Virus record (IMG/VR): IMGVR_UViG_3300021399_000002
Location: 32,001 to 96,000 of that record
Reading direction: 5' to 3' (one strand)
DNA: 64,000 nt
Source of the DNA: a virus
Lineage: Duplodnaviria > Caudoviricetes
Shown: piece by piece, positions 25,183-33,311 of the stretch
Numbering within the stretch: the first letter of the stretch is position 1
How the letters are laid out: each line of letters begins with the position of its first letter
The notes under the pieces: generated by a model
Told to the model about the DNA's origin: nothing
What the model saw: only the letters and a program-made list of their open reading frames with translations
Database searches by the model: none
Program-made: the position numbers and the translations under genes

Positions 25183-25254
25183 ACCTGGTTCGGCTAACGG
25201 TCAGGCCACTTGTCTCTCAAGCAAGAAATATGGGTTCAATTCCCGTACTAGGTA
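25183..25254 (+). tRNA. tRNA-Glu(CUC)
   Basis: CTTGT-CT CTC AA-GCAAG; ATGGG-TTCAATT-CCCGT. Confidence 0.85.
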
Positions 25255-25474
25255 TGACGTATGTAGCAAAACGCCTCCGGCTCAGCCGAAAAGCGCGCTA
25301 CGCAGCGAGAAAAACGTGCGCTCGCAACCGTTAACACGGATTTAGCACTTAAACTACCACCGGCACGATTGGGAGGAGTGTTTATGAATGAACTTTCTAA
25401 ACGATACTCCATAATCAAACGTGATATGTGGCTTAGCGACAAACGGTATAAAAGAAGCGAAGTAAAGTGCAAAT

Positions 25475-25535
25475 TAGGCGCGAACAGCAAACTTTTATAA
25501 GAACATTTTTGCTTAAAAATATTTTATGCGCCTAG
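25475..25535 (+). ncRNA. CAGCAA-stem RNA copy 3 (minimal)
   Basis: Stem TAGGCGCG/TGCGCCTA plus ACAGCAA; internal AU hairpin with a GCT-containing loop. Confidence 0.7.
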
Positions 25536-25539
25536 AAGT

Positions 25540-26310
25540 TTTGGTAGTATGCGCCGTTGTACCGCTCAGAGCTTGCTCTGGTCGAGGTATTCTACCATAT
25601 GAAACGGACGTCGCGCGATTGCTGACGACTGAGACGCGCGCGTAATAAATGTCGGAACAAGTCGTAAATACTACTTTTGTAATCGGCTTACATGGCTAGA
25701 TTACGCCAAGCATCGAAAGGTTTGGAAATCCAAGGCGGAAATAACACACCGTGCATCGAAAATAGTCGAGAAATACGAATGATACGATGGTATGCCTTTG
25801 CCTTGACTGCAAAGGTGGGAAGGGACTCCAAGTGGAAGGTAACGACTTCAGGACGCTTCCTAGTAAAAAGACCGTGAAACTCGGTAGATGGATTTTAAGT
25901 AGTTTAAATGGCGCGTGCTTAATGAGTACACGCTTTGCATGAGGTAAATGCCAGTGTCGAGAATGGCGCTGAATACTAGTTGCATTTTCCTTGGTAATCT
26001 CCAGTATGAGAAAAAACTATCGTTTGGGCTGGCTGTAAGGCCCTTGGTCCACCCCTACGCCGGACACCGTTGAGATGTGCAGCAATCGCGCCGTTGAGAC
26101 GTGCAGTAACCGCGCCGTAGATGAGTTTCTCTTGACTCTGGGCGGTTCCCCTAAATAAGATTACTTCCCAATACAGAAAAACCGGGCGTTTCTAGAGCGC
26201 AATGATAGTGCGGTAAGGGTTGCATACTATCAGATTTACAGGAGTGATGAGAAGCTACTTCACTTAATACTCTGCTTGGCCATGGACGCATGGCGAACAA
26301 ATCCTGTATT
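25540..26310 (+). ncRNA. Large structured non-coding RNA (about 770 nt, unassigned)
   Basis: No credible CDS; GC-richer than coding DNA; 11-bp long-range pairing 25614-25624 with 26080-26090; many hairpins. Confidence 0.55.
26067..26122 (+). repeat. 24-bp tandem repeat (2.3 copies)
   Basis: CCGTTGAGATGTGCAGCAATCGCG / CCGTTGAGACGTGCAGTAACCGCG / CCGTAG. Confidence 0.85.
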
Positions 26311-26314
26311 TTAT

Positions 26315-26399
26315 GCCCGAGTGGTGGAATAGGCAGACACACCGCACTTAAAATGCGGAGCTGTATAGCGTGCCGGTTCAAGTCCGGCCCCGGGCACCA
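26315..26399 (+). tRNA. tRNA-Leu(UAA)
   Basis: CCGCA-CT TAA AA-TGCGG; long variable arm; CCA. Confidence 0.9.
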
Positions 26400-26646
26400 A
26401 ATTTACGCCAAAAGGCGTTATTTTTATATAGGAGAAAATTAAAATGAAATTAAAAATATTAGTTTTCTTTATTATATTATTATTCATATTATTTTATCCT
26501 TCTATCGCTTATTAAGGAGTAATACAATGGAAGCAATTATCTCTACTTTTTTTGAAACTACAGATTTAGGAATAATTTTATTTGGTAGTATATTATTCAT
26601 TATTGTAATAATTGAATTTTTTAATCATAAGCCAAAATTTTAATAT

Positions 26647-26675
26647 TTGACTTATAATAAAAATTTTGTTATAAT
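26647..26675 (+). promoter_or_regulatory. sigmaA/70-type promoter
   Basis: TTGACT-N17-TATAAT. Confidence 0.7.
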
Positions 26676-26804
26676 AATTATGTACCAAGGGGAGAGATCC
26701 CGAGAAAGAAGAAACTTTCTTGTACGCCGCCAATGAGTGTCATTTTTAGGCGGGATATAAATTGAACTCCAGGGAGTATTAGGAATGACTAACTTCTCCC
26801 ATTT

Positions 26805-26879
26805 GCCTCCATCGTACAACGGCAAGTACGCTACATTCGTAATGTAGCTATGGCGGTCCGAATCCGTCTGGAGGCTCCA
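26805..26879 (+). tRNA. tRNA-Thr(CGU)
   Basis: GCCTCCA/TGGAGGC; CTACA-TT CGT AA-TGTAG; CCA. Confidence 0.85.
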
Positions 26880-26903
26880 TTAAAAAAATCTGAAAGGAAA
26901 ATT

Positions 26904-27125
26904 ATGAAAAAGATTTATGTAGTTTTTATTGAGCGATATACTGATTGTGAATGTAGAAATTGGCGTATAGAAAGAGAATATGTAAAAACGGATAATATCG
27001 CAACATATATTGAATTGAAGAAATCTCAGATTGAATCTCGTAGCTATTGGTGGATGGATTATTGTAAGGGCGCGGATGACCGGCCCGATGTTAAAGCAGA
27101 AGAGCTTGAGATTAAAGTATTTTAA
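26904..27125 (+). CDS. Small hypothetical protein
   Basis: GAAAGGA RBS; MKKIYVV start. Confidence 0.65.
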   Translation: MKKIYVVFIERYTDCECRNWRIEREYVKTDNIATYIELKKSQIESRSYWWMDYCKGADDRPDVKAEELEIKVF

Positions 27126-27318
27126 TATACCAACGGACAAGGCTTAGGCGCATGACAATATCAGCGAAGAGGAAGAGGAAGCGTAAGCGTTATTAACCTA
27201 TAAGTGATATTGAACAGAGCGGTGGGACGCGAGTGGTTGGTAATTATATGGAACTAATCTATCCAGAGTTCCTGCGGTTCAAGGATAGGGTTTTGCGGCA
27301 CCTTAGACCGCATAATAT

Positions 27319-27425
27319 GGGATGTGATGCCAGTTCAGGGTACTGGATGAGGTAAACCGCAAGGTGATCACATAAGGGTAATGCAAAAACCGCCCGCTGG
27401 AGTTCAAATCTCCCACATTCCACCA
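27319..27425 (+). ncRNA. Atypical 107-nt tRNA-like RNA with extra arms
   Basis: Acceptor GGGATGT/ACATTCC plus ACCA; T arm GGAG-TTCAAAT-CTCC; extra internal hairpins; possible GCA loop. Confidence 0.6.
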
Positions 27426-27432
27426 TTAATAT

Positions 27433-27518
27433 GCGTCGGTAGTCCGTAGAAGGTAGCGGGTGGGTCTGTAAAACCCATGTCAATGACTCGGATGGTTCGA
27501 TCCCATCCCGGCGCACCA
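27433..27518 (+). tRNA. tRNA-Tyr(GUA)
   Basis: TGGGT-CT GTA AA-ACCCA; variable arm; CCA. Confidence 0.9.
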
Positions 27519-27596
27519 AATTGTTGTTCAGCTGACAACCCAGTGGATGGATTTGACGCATTCCGTGCTACTACTGCGAGAGGGTTCGCGCACCAC

Positions 27597-27705
27597 GAGC
27601 CCATGAAGGTAGCACATTATCTCATGTACCAAGTGTACAAGGAGTTTTCGGGTGCGCGAAAGCGCATCTTGTGTCCAAATTAAGTTCGAATCTTAATATG
27701 GGCCC
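27597..27705 (+). ncRNA. Atypical tRNA-like RNA (acceptor and T arm, no anticodon arm)
   Basis: GCCCAT/ATGGGC; ATTAAG-TTCGAAT-CTTAAT; internal GGTGCGC-GAAA-GCGCATC hairpin. Confidence 0.5.
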
Positions 27706-27788
27706 TTTACTTCGCAACCAGAAACGTACTGGCCAATTCCACAAATATTGCGGCAAGTTTTCGGGTTCTTGTTAAAAATCCCGTCCAT

Positions 27789-27862
27789 GCCTCCCTAATC
27801 CAAATGGCAGAGATAGCGCGCTAAGAACGCGTCCAGTGTGAGTTCGAATCTCACGAGAGGTA
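27789..27862 (+). tRNA. tRNA-Leu(AAG), short variable arm
   Basis: GCGCG-CT AAG AA-CGCGT; GTGAG-TTCGAAT-CTCAC. Confidence 0.8.
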
Positions 27863-27996
27863 CTTACGCCAGACCAAGGCCGTTCAAGAGGAAACAAGGA
27901 ACCCAGTTTCCATGGTCTATGCCTATGGTAAACGCATTAATTACGTAATAGGCGTCTTGCTCTGAGTAGCTATTACCAAAAGAGACATAGGGACAT

Positions 27997-28068
27997 CTCC
28001 GGCTAGTCTAAGGGATAGGACACATGGCTACGGACTATGGAATCGGCGTTCAAATCGTCGGCTGGAGA
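27997..28068 (+). tRNA. tRNA-Arg(ACG)
   Basis: CTCCGGC/GCTGGAG; CATGG-CT ACG GA-CTATG. Confidence 0.85.
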
Positions 28069-28111
28069 CTTCACGCGAAAAGCGCTAATTCATTTTGGAG
28101 GTATCTATAAT

Positions 28112-28651
28112 ATGAATGAACCAAGACTAAAGATTCTACCACCATGGACTATTACAATTCGTAAGTTTGAAGCCCTATTTGACGGTGATCCGCAGATTGC
28201 ATGTAATTGTAATTTTGGTGGTGCTACTCCTTCCATTGTGCTAGCTTGTAATGATGGCGATAAGGTTGCCGCTCTTCTACAAATTCTACCTGAAGAAGTA
28301 GATTTTGGTAATGTCAAGCTAAAGGTAATGGTTGATGGAACACCTAGCAACCGCGTCTTTAAGAGTAAGACTGACCTATTTGATACTGCTTTTGCTAAGA
28401 ATCCTGCCTATGCGTATTCTGTTTGTCCTGCTGAGAAAGGTTATCAGTGGATTGGCACTACATATGTTGTATTTAACAACTGTGTTGTACAGTTCGCGGC
28501 CGATAATCTAAATGACTGCCACGGTATCATTAGTACTCTGTATGAAACAATTGCTGGTGAACTTCTAACTGGCCCTGCTACTGAAGGTGTATTTTTTAAT
28601 ACCAATGTTGAGCGTGCTGGTCTGGGAATGCCGCTTGGAGAGTGGCCGTAA
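28112..28651 (+). CDS. Hypothetical protein (179 aa)
   Basis: GGAGG RBS before MNEPRL; the longer ORF start overlaps tRNA-Arg. Confidence 0.8.
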   Translation: MNEPRLKILPPWTITIRKFEALFDGDPQIACNCNFGGATPSIVLACNDGDKVAALLQILPEEVDFGNVKLKVMVDGTPSNRVFKSKTDLFDTAFAKNPAYAYSVCPAEKGYQWIGTTYVVFNNCVVQFAADNLNDCHGIISTLYETIAGELLTGPATEGVFFNTNVERAGLGMPLGEWP

Positions 28652-28932
28652 TTAACAATTAGGAGAACTAAATGATAGTTGAATTAACAAATCATTGGGT
28701 TGAAACGAGTGGTCAATATGAAATTGAAGGAGTAGAAGAATATAATGATTATTTTCGATTCTACTTCGGCAAGGGTAAATGGTCAAAAAAATATCACATA
28801 CCAACGTATACTTATAGAATTATACAAAAGTGAATAATTAACAACTAATTGGGAACAAGTTACCGTAGAAGACTTGCGCGATAGCGGACCTGTAACGGGG
28901 AGAGGAGGTCGTAAATATCCACTTTCCGCCAT

Positions 28933-29004
28933 GCCCAGGTAGCCAAATGGAAAGGCTGGAGACTGAAAATCTCCCATGCGGTGGTCCGATTCCACCCCTG
29001 GGCA
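28933..29004 (+). tRNA. tRNA-Phe(GAA)
   Basis: GCCCAGG/CCTGGGC; GGAGA-CT GAA AA-TCTCC. Confidence 0.9.
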
Positions 29005-29115
29005 CTAAATCCTATAATAGCCAGTGATAGTATGGACACTATGGACGCCCTTTAAAGTTGTTCGCGGTAGTGAGAATAACCTTCGCCGTGGCGAAGTAAA
29101 AGAACCACGGAATAT

Positions 29116-29187
29116 ATCTCTCTGGCGTAATGGTAGCGTAGCAGACTCTTAATCTGTCAGGTAAGGGTTCGAGTCCCTTGGGAGGTA
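29116..29187 (+). tRNA. tRNA-Lys(CUU)
   Basis: GCAGA-CT CTT AA-TCTGT. Confidence 0.85.
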
Positions 29188-29191
29188 CTTC

Positions 29192-29263
29192 GCTCGTGTA
29201 GCCAACCGGTAAGGCACTAGACTTTTAATCTAGGTACAGTGGGTTCAATTCCCACCACGGGCA
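29192..29263 (+). tRNA. tRNA-Lys(UUU)
   Basis: CTAGA-CT TTT AA-TCTAG. Confidence 0.85.
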
Positions 29264-29423
29264 CAATAAAGGAGGAATTAGTATGGAAGAATTATCTATT
29301 TCTTGGAAGGAATTTATTCATCCAGATATGAATGCAATAAGGCGCAGAGATGAATTTCTTAATTCTAATATATGTGAAAATATTGAATTTATAGATGGAG
29401 AAATTCATGCTGATATAACATAT

Positions 29424-29499
29424 ACTCCATTAGTTCAGAGGATAGAACAATCGCCTTCTAAGCGATAAATCATAGGTTCAAGTCCTATATGGAGTACCA
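29424..29499 (+). tRNA. tRNA-Arg(UCU)
   Basis: ATCGC-CT TCT AA-GCGAT; CCA. Confidence 0.9.
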
Positions 29500-29630
29500 T
29501 GCCGCTGTTGTATAAGCATTCTGAGAAAGCAGAGGATGCTAGCCGGTGGCACCAACTTCCCAACATACTGTCATGCGTGGGTGAAATAAGATGAGACAGG
29601 CGTTTCACGATGTCGGCATAAATCGTATAT

Positions 29631-29658
29631 TTGACTTTTTATAAAATTATGTTATAAT
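29631..29658 (+). promoter_or_regulatory. sigmaA/70-type promoter
   Basis: TTGACT...TGTTATAAT. Confidence 0.7.
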
Positions 29659-29688
29659 TATTATAGTAACAGGAAAGGAAGCAAGATT

Positions 29689-29919
29689 ATGAGAAATCCA
29701 AATCGTATTGATAGGTTTTGTGATGAACTTAAAGCAATTTGGCACCAGGTGCCAGATTGGCGCTTTGGGCAACTGATGGAAAATATGCTTGGTGCAAGAC
29801 TTCAGGCAGTATCAAATTCTAATGATTTCTTTTATACTGAGGATGAAGAATTGTTTGCTTTCTTTAAAAATTATATGAATGAGATTATAAAAGAAGGCAG
29901 ACAAAATAAAGATTGGTAA
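29689..29919 (+). CDS. Conserved phage hypothetical protein (MR.P.RI...W...PDWRFGQL)
   Basis: RBS, and a motif pattern seen in small phage proteins. Confidence 0.8.
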   Translation: MRNPNRIDRFCDELKAIWHQVPDWRFGQLMENMLGARLQAVSNSNDFFYTEDEELFAFFKNYMNEIIKEGRQNKDW

Positions 29920-30126
29920 TTACGCAATCCACTTGATATGGCTGTGACTACAAGGCGCGGAAAAGTGGCGGTAATCTCTTGCCCAAGTAAGTTGAAACGA
30001 TATATACCCTTGGGATGAAAAGCTTTAATGATGCGAAGATAGAGATATAACGTGAGTTTAGATATGTGTGTGTGTAGTCGGTCTCCCTGTGGCCCGTTAC
30101 GTATGAGTTGACACAGGGGAAGCTTC

Positions 30127-30200
30127 CGAGCATTGGCACAAGAGGTTAGCGCACAGAGCTGATAACTCTGAGGTTCCTAGTTCGATTCTAGGATGCTCGA
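30127..30200 (+). tRNA. tRNA-Ile(GAU)
   Basis: CGAGCAT/ATGCTCG; CAGAG-CT GAT AA-CTCTG. Confidence 0.9.
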
Positions 30201-30306
30201 CTACTAACGTAAATTCCGTATACGTCCGAATTACTACACAAAACGATGTAGTTGATACGGTAGAGAAAACTACGGCGCTATGCTAAGTAACAACGAAACT
30301 TGGTGA

Positions 30307-30377
30307 AGGAGTGTAAGATAATGGTAGTCGCGCGGTCTCCAAAACCGCTCGTGTTGGTTCGAATCCAGCCGCTCCTG
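30307..30377 (+). tRNA. tRNA-Trp(CCA)
   Basis: AGGAGTG/CGCTCCT; GCGGT-CT CCA AA-ACCGC. Confidence 0.9.
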
Positions 30378-30381
30378 CTTA

Positions 30382-30446
30382 AAGACTCGTCAGCAACATT
30401 TTTCAAGCATCTGACTGTTAATCTGATTAGCTATAAACGAGTCTTG
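30382..30446 (+). ncRNA. CAGCAA-stem RNA copy 4, displaying an Asn-like anticodon stem-loop
   Basis: Stem AAGACTCGT/ACGAGTCTT plus CAGCAA; internal ATCTGA-CT GTT AA-TCTGAT. Confidence 0.8.
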
Positions 30447-30453
30447 TTTTTAT

Positions 30454-30527
30454 GCCCTACTACCCCAACTGGCAGAGGGAACTGACTCAAAATCAGTAAA
30501 GTCTCGGTCCGAATCCGAGGTAGGGTA
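30454..30527 (+). tRNA. tRNA-Leu(CAA), short variable arm
   Basis: ACTGA-CT CAA AA-TCAGT; T loop TCCGAAT. Confidence 0.85.
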
Positions 30528-30794
30528 CTTATGTTTATCTTAAATAGGCCCAGTGCGCTAAAGCGATATAATGTTCATGGGTTTCGCGTAATAAGATAAG
30601 CATTGCGCCAAAAAATACAAAGCATTAAGGCGCAATGAGTAAGCTCCTGCTCGTATTATTAAACAATTTATTTATTGGAGCATATTAGTAATTAGAGTGC
30701 GATCGGTAACACTGTAAATAATTCCGAGAAATATAGGAAATGGTTTGATAGCCGGAATTCTGTAATTGGGGTGAGATACCATCCAGTCCTATAT

Positions 30795-30871
30795 GCCAGA
30801 GTAGCAGAAATGGAATATGCTGTTGGCTTAGAACCAGCGTAATTTTGTGGGTTCGACTCCCACCCCTGGTA
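30795..30871 (+). tRNA. tRNA-Leu(UAG)
   Basis: GTTGG-CT TAG AA-CCAGC; 8-nt variable region. Confidence 0.85.
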
Positions 30872-30878
30872 CTTTTAT

Positions 30879-30950
30879 GGGGTCGTAGTTTAAAGGTTAG
30901 AATATTCGGTTTGCACCCGTTTGATGTGGTTTCGACTACCACCGGCTCCA
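30879..30950 (+). tRNA. tRNA-Ala(UGC)
   Basis: G3:U70 pair; CGG-TT TGC AC-CCG. Confidence 0.85.
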
Positions 30951-30974
30951 GTATATTATATTTAGGAGAAGAAA

Positions 30975-31151
30975 ATGACTGTTAAAGAATTAATTGATGA
31001 ACTTAATAAATTTGAACCAGAACGCCGTGTATTTTTATATAATCATGGCTCATATGATGAATCTCCAGAAATTTTAGGCTGTTATGATTCTGCATTATAT
31101 GATGAAGATGATAACGAAATAGAAAAAATTGTAGAGTTATATGAATATTAA
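30975..31151 (+). CDS. Small hypothetical protein (MTVKELI...)
   Basis: AGGAG RBS; 58 aa. Confidence 0.65.
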   Translation: MTVKELIDELNKFEPERRVFLYNHGSYDESPEILGCYDSALYDEDDNEIEKIVELYEY

Positions 31152-31155
31152 TATA

Positions 31156-31227
31156 GGTTCCAACGCTCGTCGGCCGGGTACGGGTCTGCAAAATCCGCGT
31201 TAGTGAGTTCAACTCTTACTGGAACCT
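31156..31227 (+). tRNA. tRNA-Cys(GCA)
   Basis: GGTTCCA/TGGAACC; U73; CGGGT-CT GCA AA-ATCCG. Confidence 0.85.
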
Positions 31228-31249
31228 CAAATTTGTAAAAGAGGTCATT

Positions 31250-31519
31250 ATGAGAATAATTAAAGCTGCAAAAAAGACTGATGAATATATTACAACTTGT
31301 AATAATTGCGGTTCAATATTAGGTATAAAGCGTAATGATTTATCAAATAATGCTATGATAGACGATAATCAGTGTACTGAATGGACTTATTATTGTGGAG
31401 TGTGTCAATGCTGCAATCATTTAAAAGGCTCATTCCGCAAATTATTTCCATGGATAATGGAGGAAGAAAATGATAGGAAATTACAAAGTGATAACTCTGT
31501 GCGGGTCAACACGCTTTAA
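31250..31519 (+). CDS. Zinc-ribbon hypothetical protein
   Basis: CxxC...CxxC. Confidence 0.7.
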   Translation: MRIIKAAKKTDEYITTCNNCGSILGIKRNDLSNNAMIDDNQCTEWTYYCGVCQCCNHLKGSFRKLFPWIMEEENDRKLQSDNSVRVNTL

Positions 31520-31778
31520 GGAAGATTTTGAACGCATTAATAAAGAACTTACTTTAGCAGGTAATATTGTTATAAGTGTAGGATGTTTTGGTCATGCTGG
31601 TGATGTATTTACAGATGAAGAAAAAGTAATGTTAGATGATATTCACAAGCGCAAGATTGATATGGCTGATGCTATTTATGTAATCAATAAAGATGGATAT
31701 ATTGGTGAAAGTACAAAAAGTGAAATAAAATATGCTCTTGAGCATAATAAACCGGTACTGTTTATGGAGGCTCCATAA
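31470..31778 (+). CDS. DUF4406/nucleoside 2-deoxyribosyltransferase-like small protein
   Basis: ITLCGS...H.RKIDMAD.IYVIN..GYIG.ST..EI.YA motif. Confidence 0.75.
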   Translation: MIGNYKVITLCGSTRFKEDFERINKELTLAGNIVISVGCFGHAGDVFTDEEKVMLDDIHKRKIDMADAIYVINKDGYIGESTKSEIKYALEHNKPVLFMEAP

Positions 31779-31779
31779 T

Positions 31780-32025
31780 ATGAGAAAAGGGCGCGGTATC
31801 GATCACACCTGGGAGATAAGGAAATATTTAGGTGATATAGCTTTATATGCTCATTGTAAATGTGGATTTAATTATGCTTGTTCTTCAAGTAAAAGAAAAT
31901 CAGATGGAAGTTTTAGTTTAGAACAAGAAATAACTAAATTATATCATTATTGTCCATATTGTGGAGCGCATAAAAAATGGTATAATGATATTCCTAGAAA
32001 AATAAATAAGTTTCAATATGAATAA
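31780..32025 (+). CDS. Zinc-ribbon hypothetical protein
   Basis: HCKCG and YCPYCG; GGAGG RBS. Confidence 0.7.
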   Translation: MRKGRGIDHTWEIRKYLGDIALYAHCKCGFNYACSSSKRKSDGSFSLEQEITKLYHYCPYCGAHKKWYNDIPRKINKFQYE

Positions 32026-32026
32026 T

Positions 32027-32114
32027 GGTAGCTAAACCGGACAAGCGTGCCGGCTCCGCCTCGAAAGCGGTAGGCACTGAAAGGTGTGGGGTGCAAGTCC
32101 TCTGGCTATCGCCA
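32027..32114 (+). tRNA. tRNA-Ser(CGA) with an 8/4 acceptor/T-stem fold
   Basis: 8-bp GGTAGCTA/TGGCTATC; 4-bp GGGG-TGCAAGT-CCTC; CCGC-CT CGA AA-GCGG; G73-CCA. Confidence 0.75.
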
Positions 32115-32168
32115 TATATTGAAAAAATTTGGATAGCCTAAACATTATATTAGACGGAGTTGATGCAT

Positions 32169-32450
32169 ATGAGAAATCGTGCAGAAAAGCGTCATAATGA
32201 TTGGCGCAAAGCAATTCGTAAAAGAAAAATTGTTGAAGAAGTTTATCGGTGGCCCGAAGGTTGGTATGATAACCTTCATCAATATAGTAAAAATAAAATT
32301 TTTTGTAGCTGTCCAATGTGCCGAAGAAAAACTAGTAAAATTAAAATGAAAGATAGTTATGGGCCTGGCGGGAAAAATTGGCCTATTGCAGATGAAAAAC
32401 GAATTGAAGAAATGAATGATCAAATATTTGACAATGAAGAAGAAATCTGA
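32169..32450 (+). CDS. Basic hypothetical protein (CSCPMC)
   Basis: GGAG RBS; Arg/Lys-rich. Confidence 0.75.
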   Translation: MRNRAEKRHNDWRKAIRKRKIVEEVYRWPEGWYDNLHQYSKNKIFCSCPMCRRKTSKIKMKDSYGPGGKNWPIADEKRIEEMNDQIFDNEEEI

Positions 32451-32456
32451 TATAAT
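32428..32456 (+). promoter_or_regulatory. sigmaA/70-type promoter
   Basis: TTGACA-N17-TATAAT. Confidence 0.7.
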
Positions 32457-32646
32457 TATTATAGAAAAAGGGAGATAAGATATACATAAGAGGCAATTTG
32501 ATAAAATTTGTTGCAAAAGAATTTTAAAGAAAATCTCCTTTCAAAAGAGTCCTGTACCCTTGAGAAACTCGTATCAGATTCCTTTAAAGAATCATGGATA
32601 AGCAGGACCGCGCGAAATAAAAGGGTAAGAGAATAAACGCATTTAT

Positions 32647-32719
32647 CGAGGATGTAGTGTAGCGGTTAACACGGTTGATTTGGGATCAACAATGGCAGTT
32701 CGACTCTGACATCTTCGAC
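32647..32719 (+). tRNA. tRNA-Pro(UGG)
   Basis: GTTGA-TT TGG GA-TCAAC. Confidence 0.8.
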
Positions 32720-32723
32720 TGGA

Positions 32724-32816
32724 TAGGCCATTACAGCAAATTATTTATAAAAGTAAAAGAAATGTCTGTAAAACATAACTGAGAAGGTTCGATCCCTTCA
32801 AATTTAAATGGCCTAG
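32724..32816 (+). ncRNA. CAGCAA-stem RNA copy 5, with a Tyr-like anticodon arm and T arm
   Basis: Stem TAGGCCATT/AATGGCCTA plus ACAGCAA; ATGT-CT GTA AA-ACAT; GAAGG-TTCGATC-CCTTC. Confidence 0.8.
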
Positions 32817-32824
32817 TTTTTTAT

Positions 32825-32932
32825 TAGACCAAACAGCAATTAGGCTCGCTCTTAGCGAGGGTGGTATAAGTGGTAGTACATTTACTGTAAAGTAAAAAAT
32901 TGGAGTTCGAATCTCCACCTAATTTGGTCTAG
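32825..32932 (+). ncRNA. CAGCAA-stem RNA copy 6, with a near-complete Tyr-like tRNA body
   Basis: Stem TAGACCAA/TTGGTCTA plus CAGCAA; D-like GTATAAGTGGTAGTAC; CT GTA AA loop; TGGAG-TTCGAAT-CTCCA. Confidence 0.8.
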
Positions 32933-33050
32933 TTTGAATATTCGCTCTATCTTGGAGCTAGTAGATTGCCGCGTTGGATTGTTCCTATTTGAAAGAGGTA
33001 GAGTAGTATCTACAACTCTTCCGCGGCGTTTTATAGGAGAAATAAGAATA

Positions 33051-33311
33051 ATGAAAAATATAGATGGATATATCAATAGAATACAGACACCAGATGGTAA
33101 AATATATGCACTTACCTGTGAACCACTTGAAAATTTAAAATTAAATGAAGTTTATAATTGTCTAAAAGTAATGGATATGCTATTATATAAATATGCTTAT
33201 GAGCCAAAAACAGTTGTAGAATTTAATTCTACGGAAGAGATGGCAAAATATTTTCATATGTTTCTTTCAATAATCCTTCCAGAAGAATACAGGTATGATA
33301 AAGAAAAATGA
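33051..33311 (+). CDS. Hypothetical protein
   Basis: AGGAG RBS before MKNIDG. Confidence 0.65.
   Translation: MKNIDGYINRIQTPDGKIYALTCEPLENLKLNEVYNCLKVMDMLLYKYAYEPKTVVEFNSTEEMAKYFHMFLSIILPEEYRYDKEK

Noticed and set aside
26067-26122. Possible mini CRISPR array
   Set aside because: Direct 24-bp tandem units with no spacers, and no cas genes in the window.
26236-26310. Hammerhead- or HDV-like core (GTGATGAG...GGCGAA)
   Set aside because: Lacks CTGATGA/GAAA geometry and an HDV P3/L3.
29424-29499. Second amber suppressor (contains TTCTAA)
   Set aside because: The stem register places the anticodon at TCT (Arg), not CTA.
30721-30794. Additional tRNA-Tyr-like element (TATAGGA/TCCTATA with CTGTAA)
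   Set aside because: No credible anticodon stem or T arm.
24026-32932. CAGCAA stems as CRISPR repeats or simple terminators
   Set aside because: They are dispersed, covary rather than repeat identically, and enclose 40-100 nt of tRNA-like cargo.
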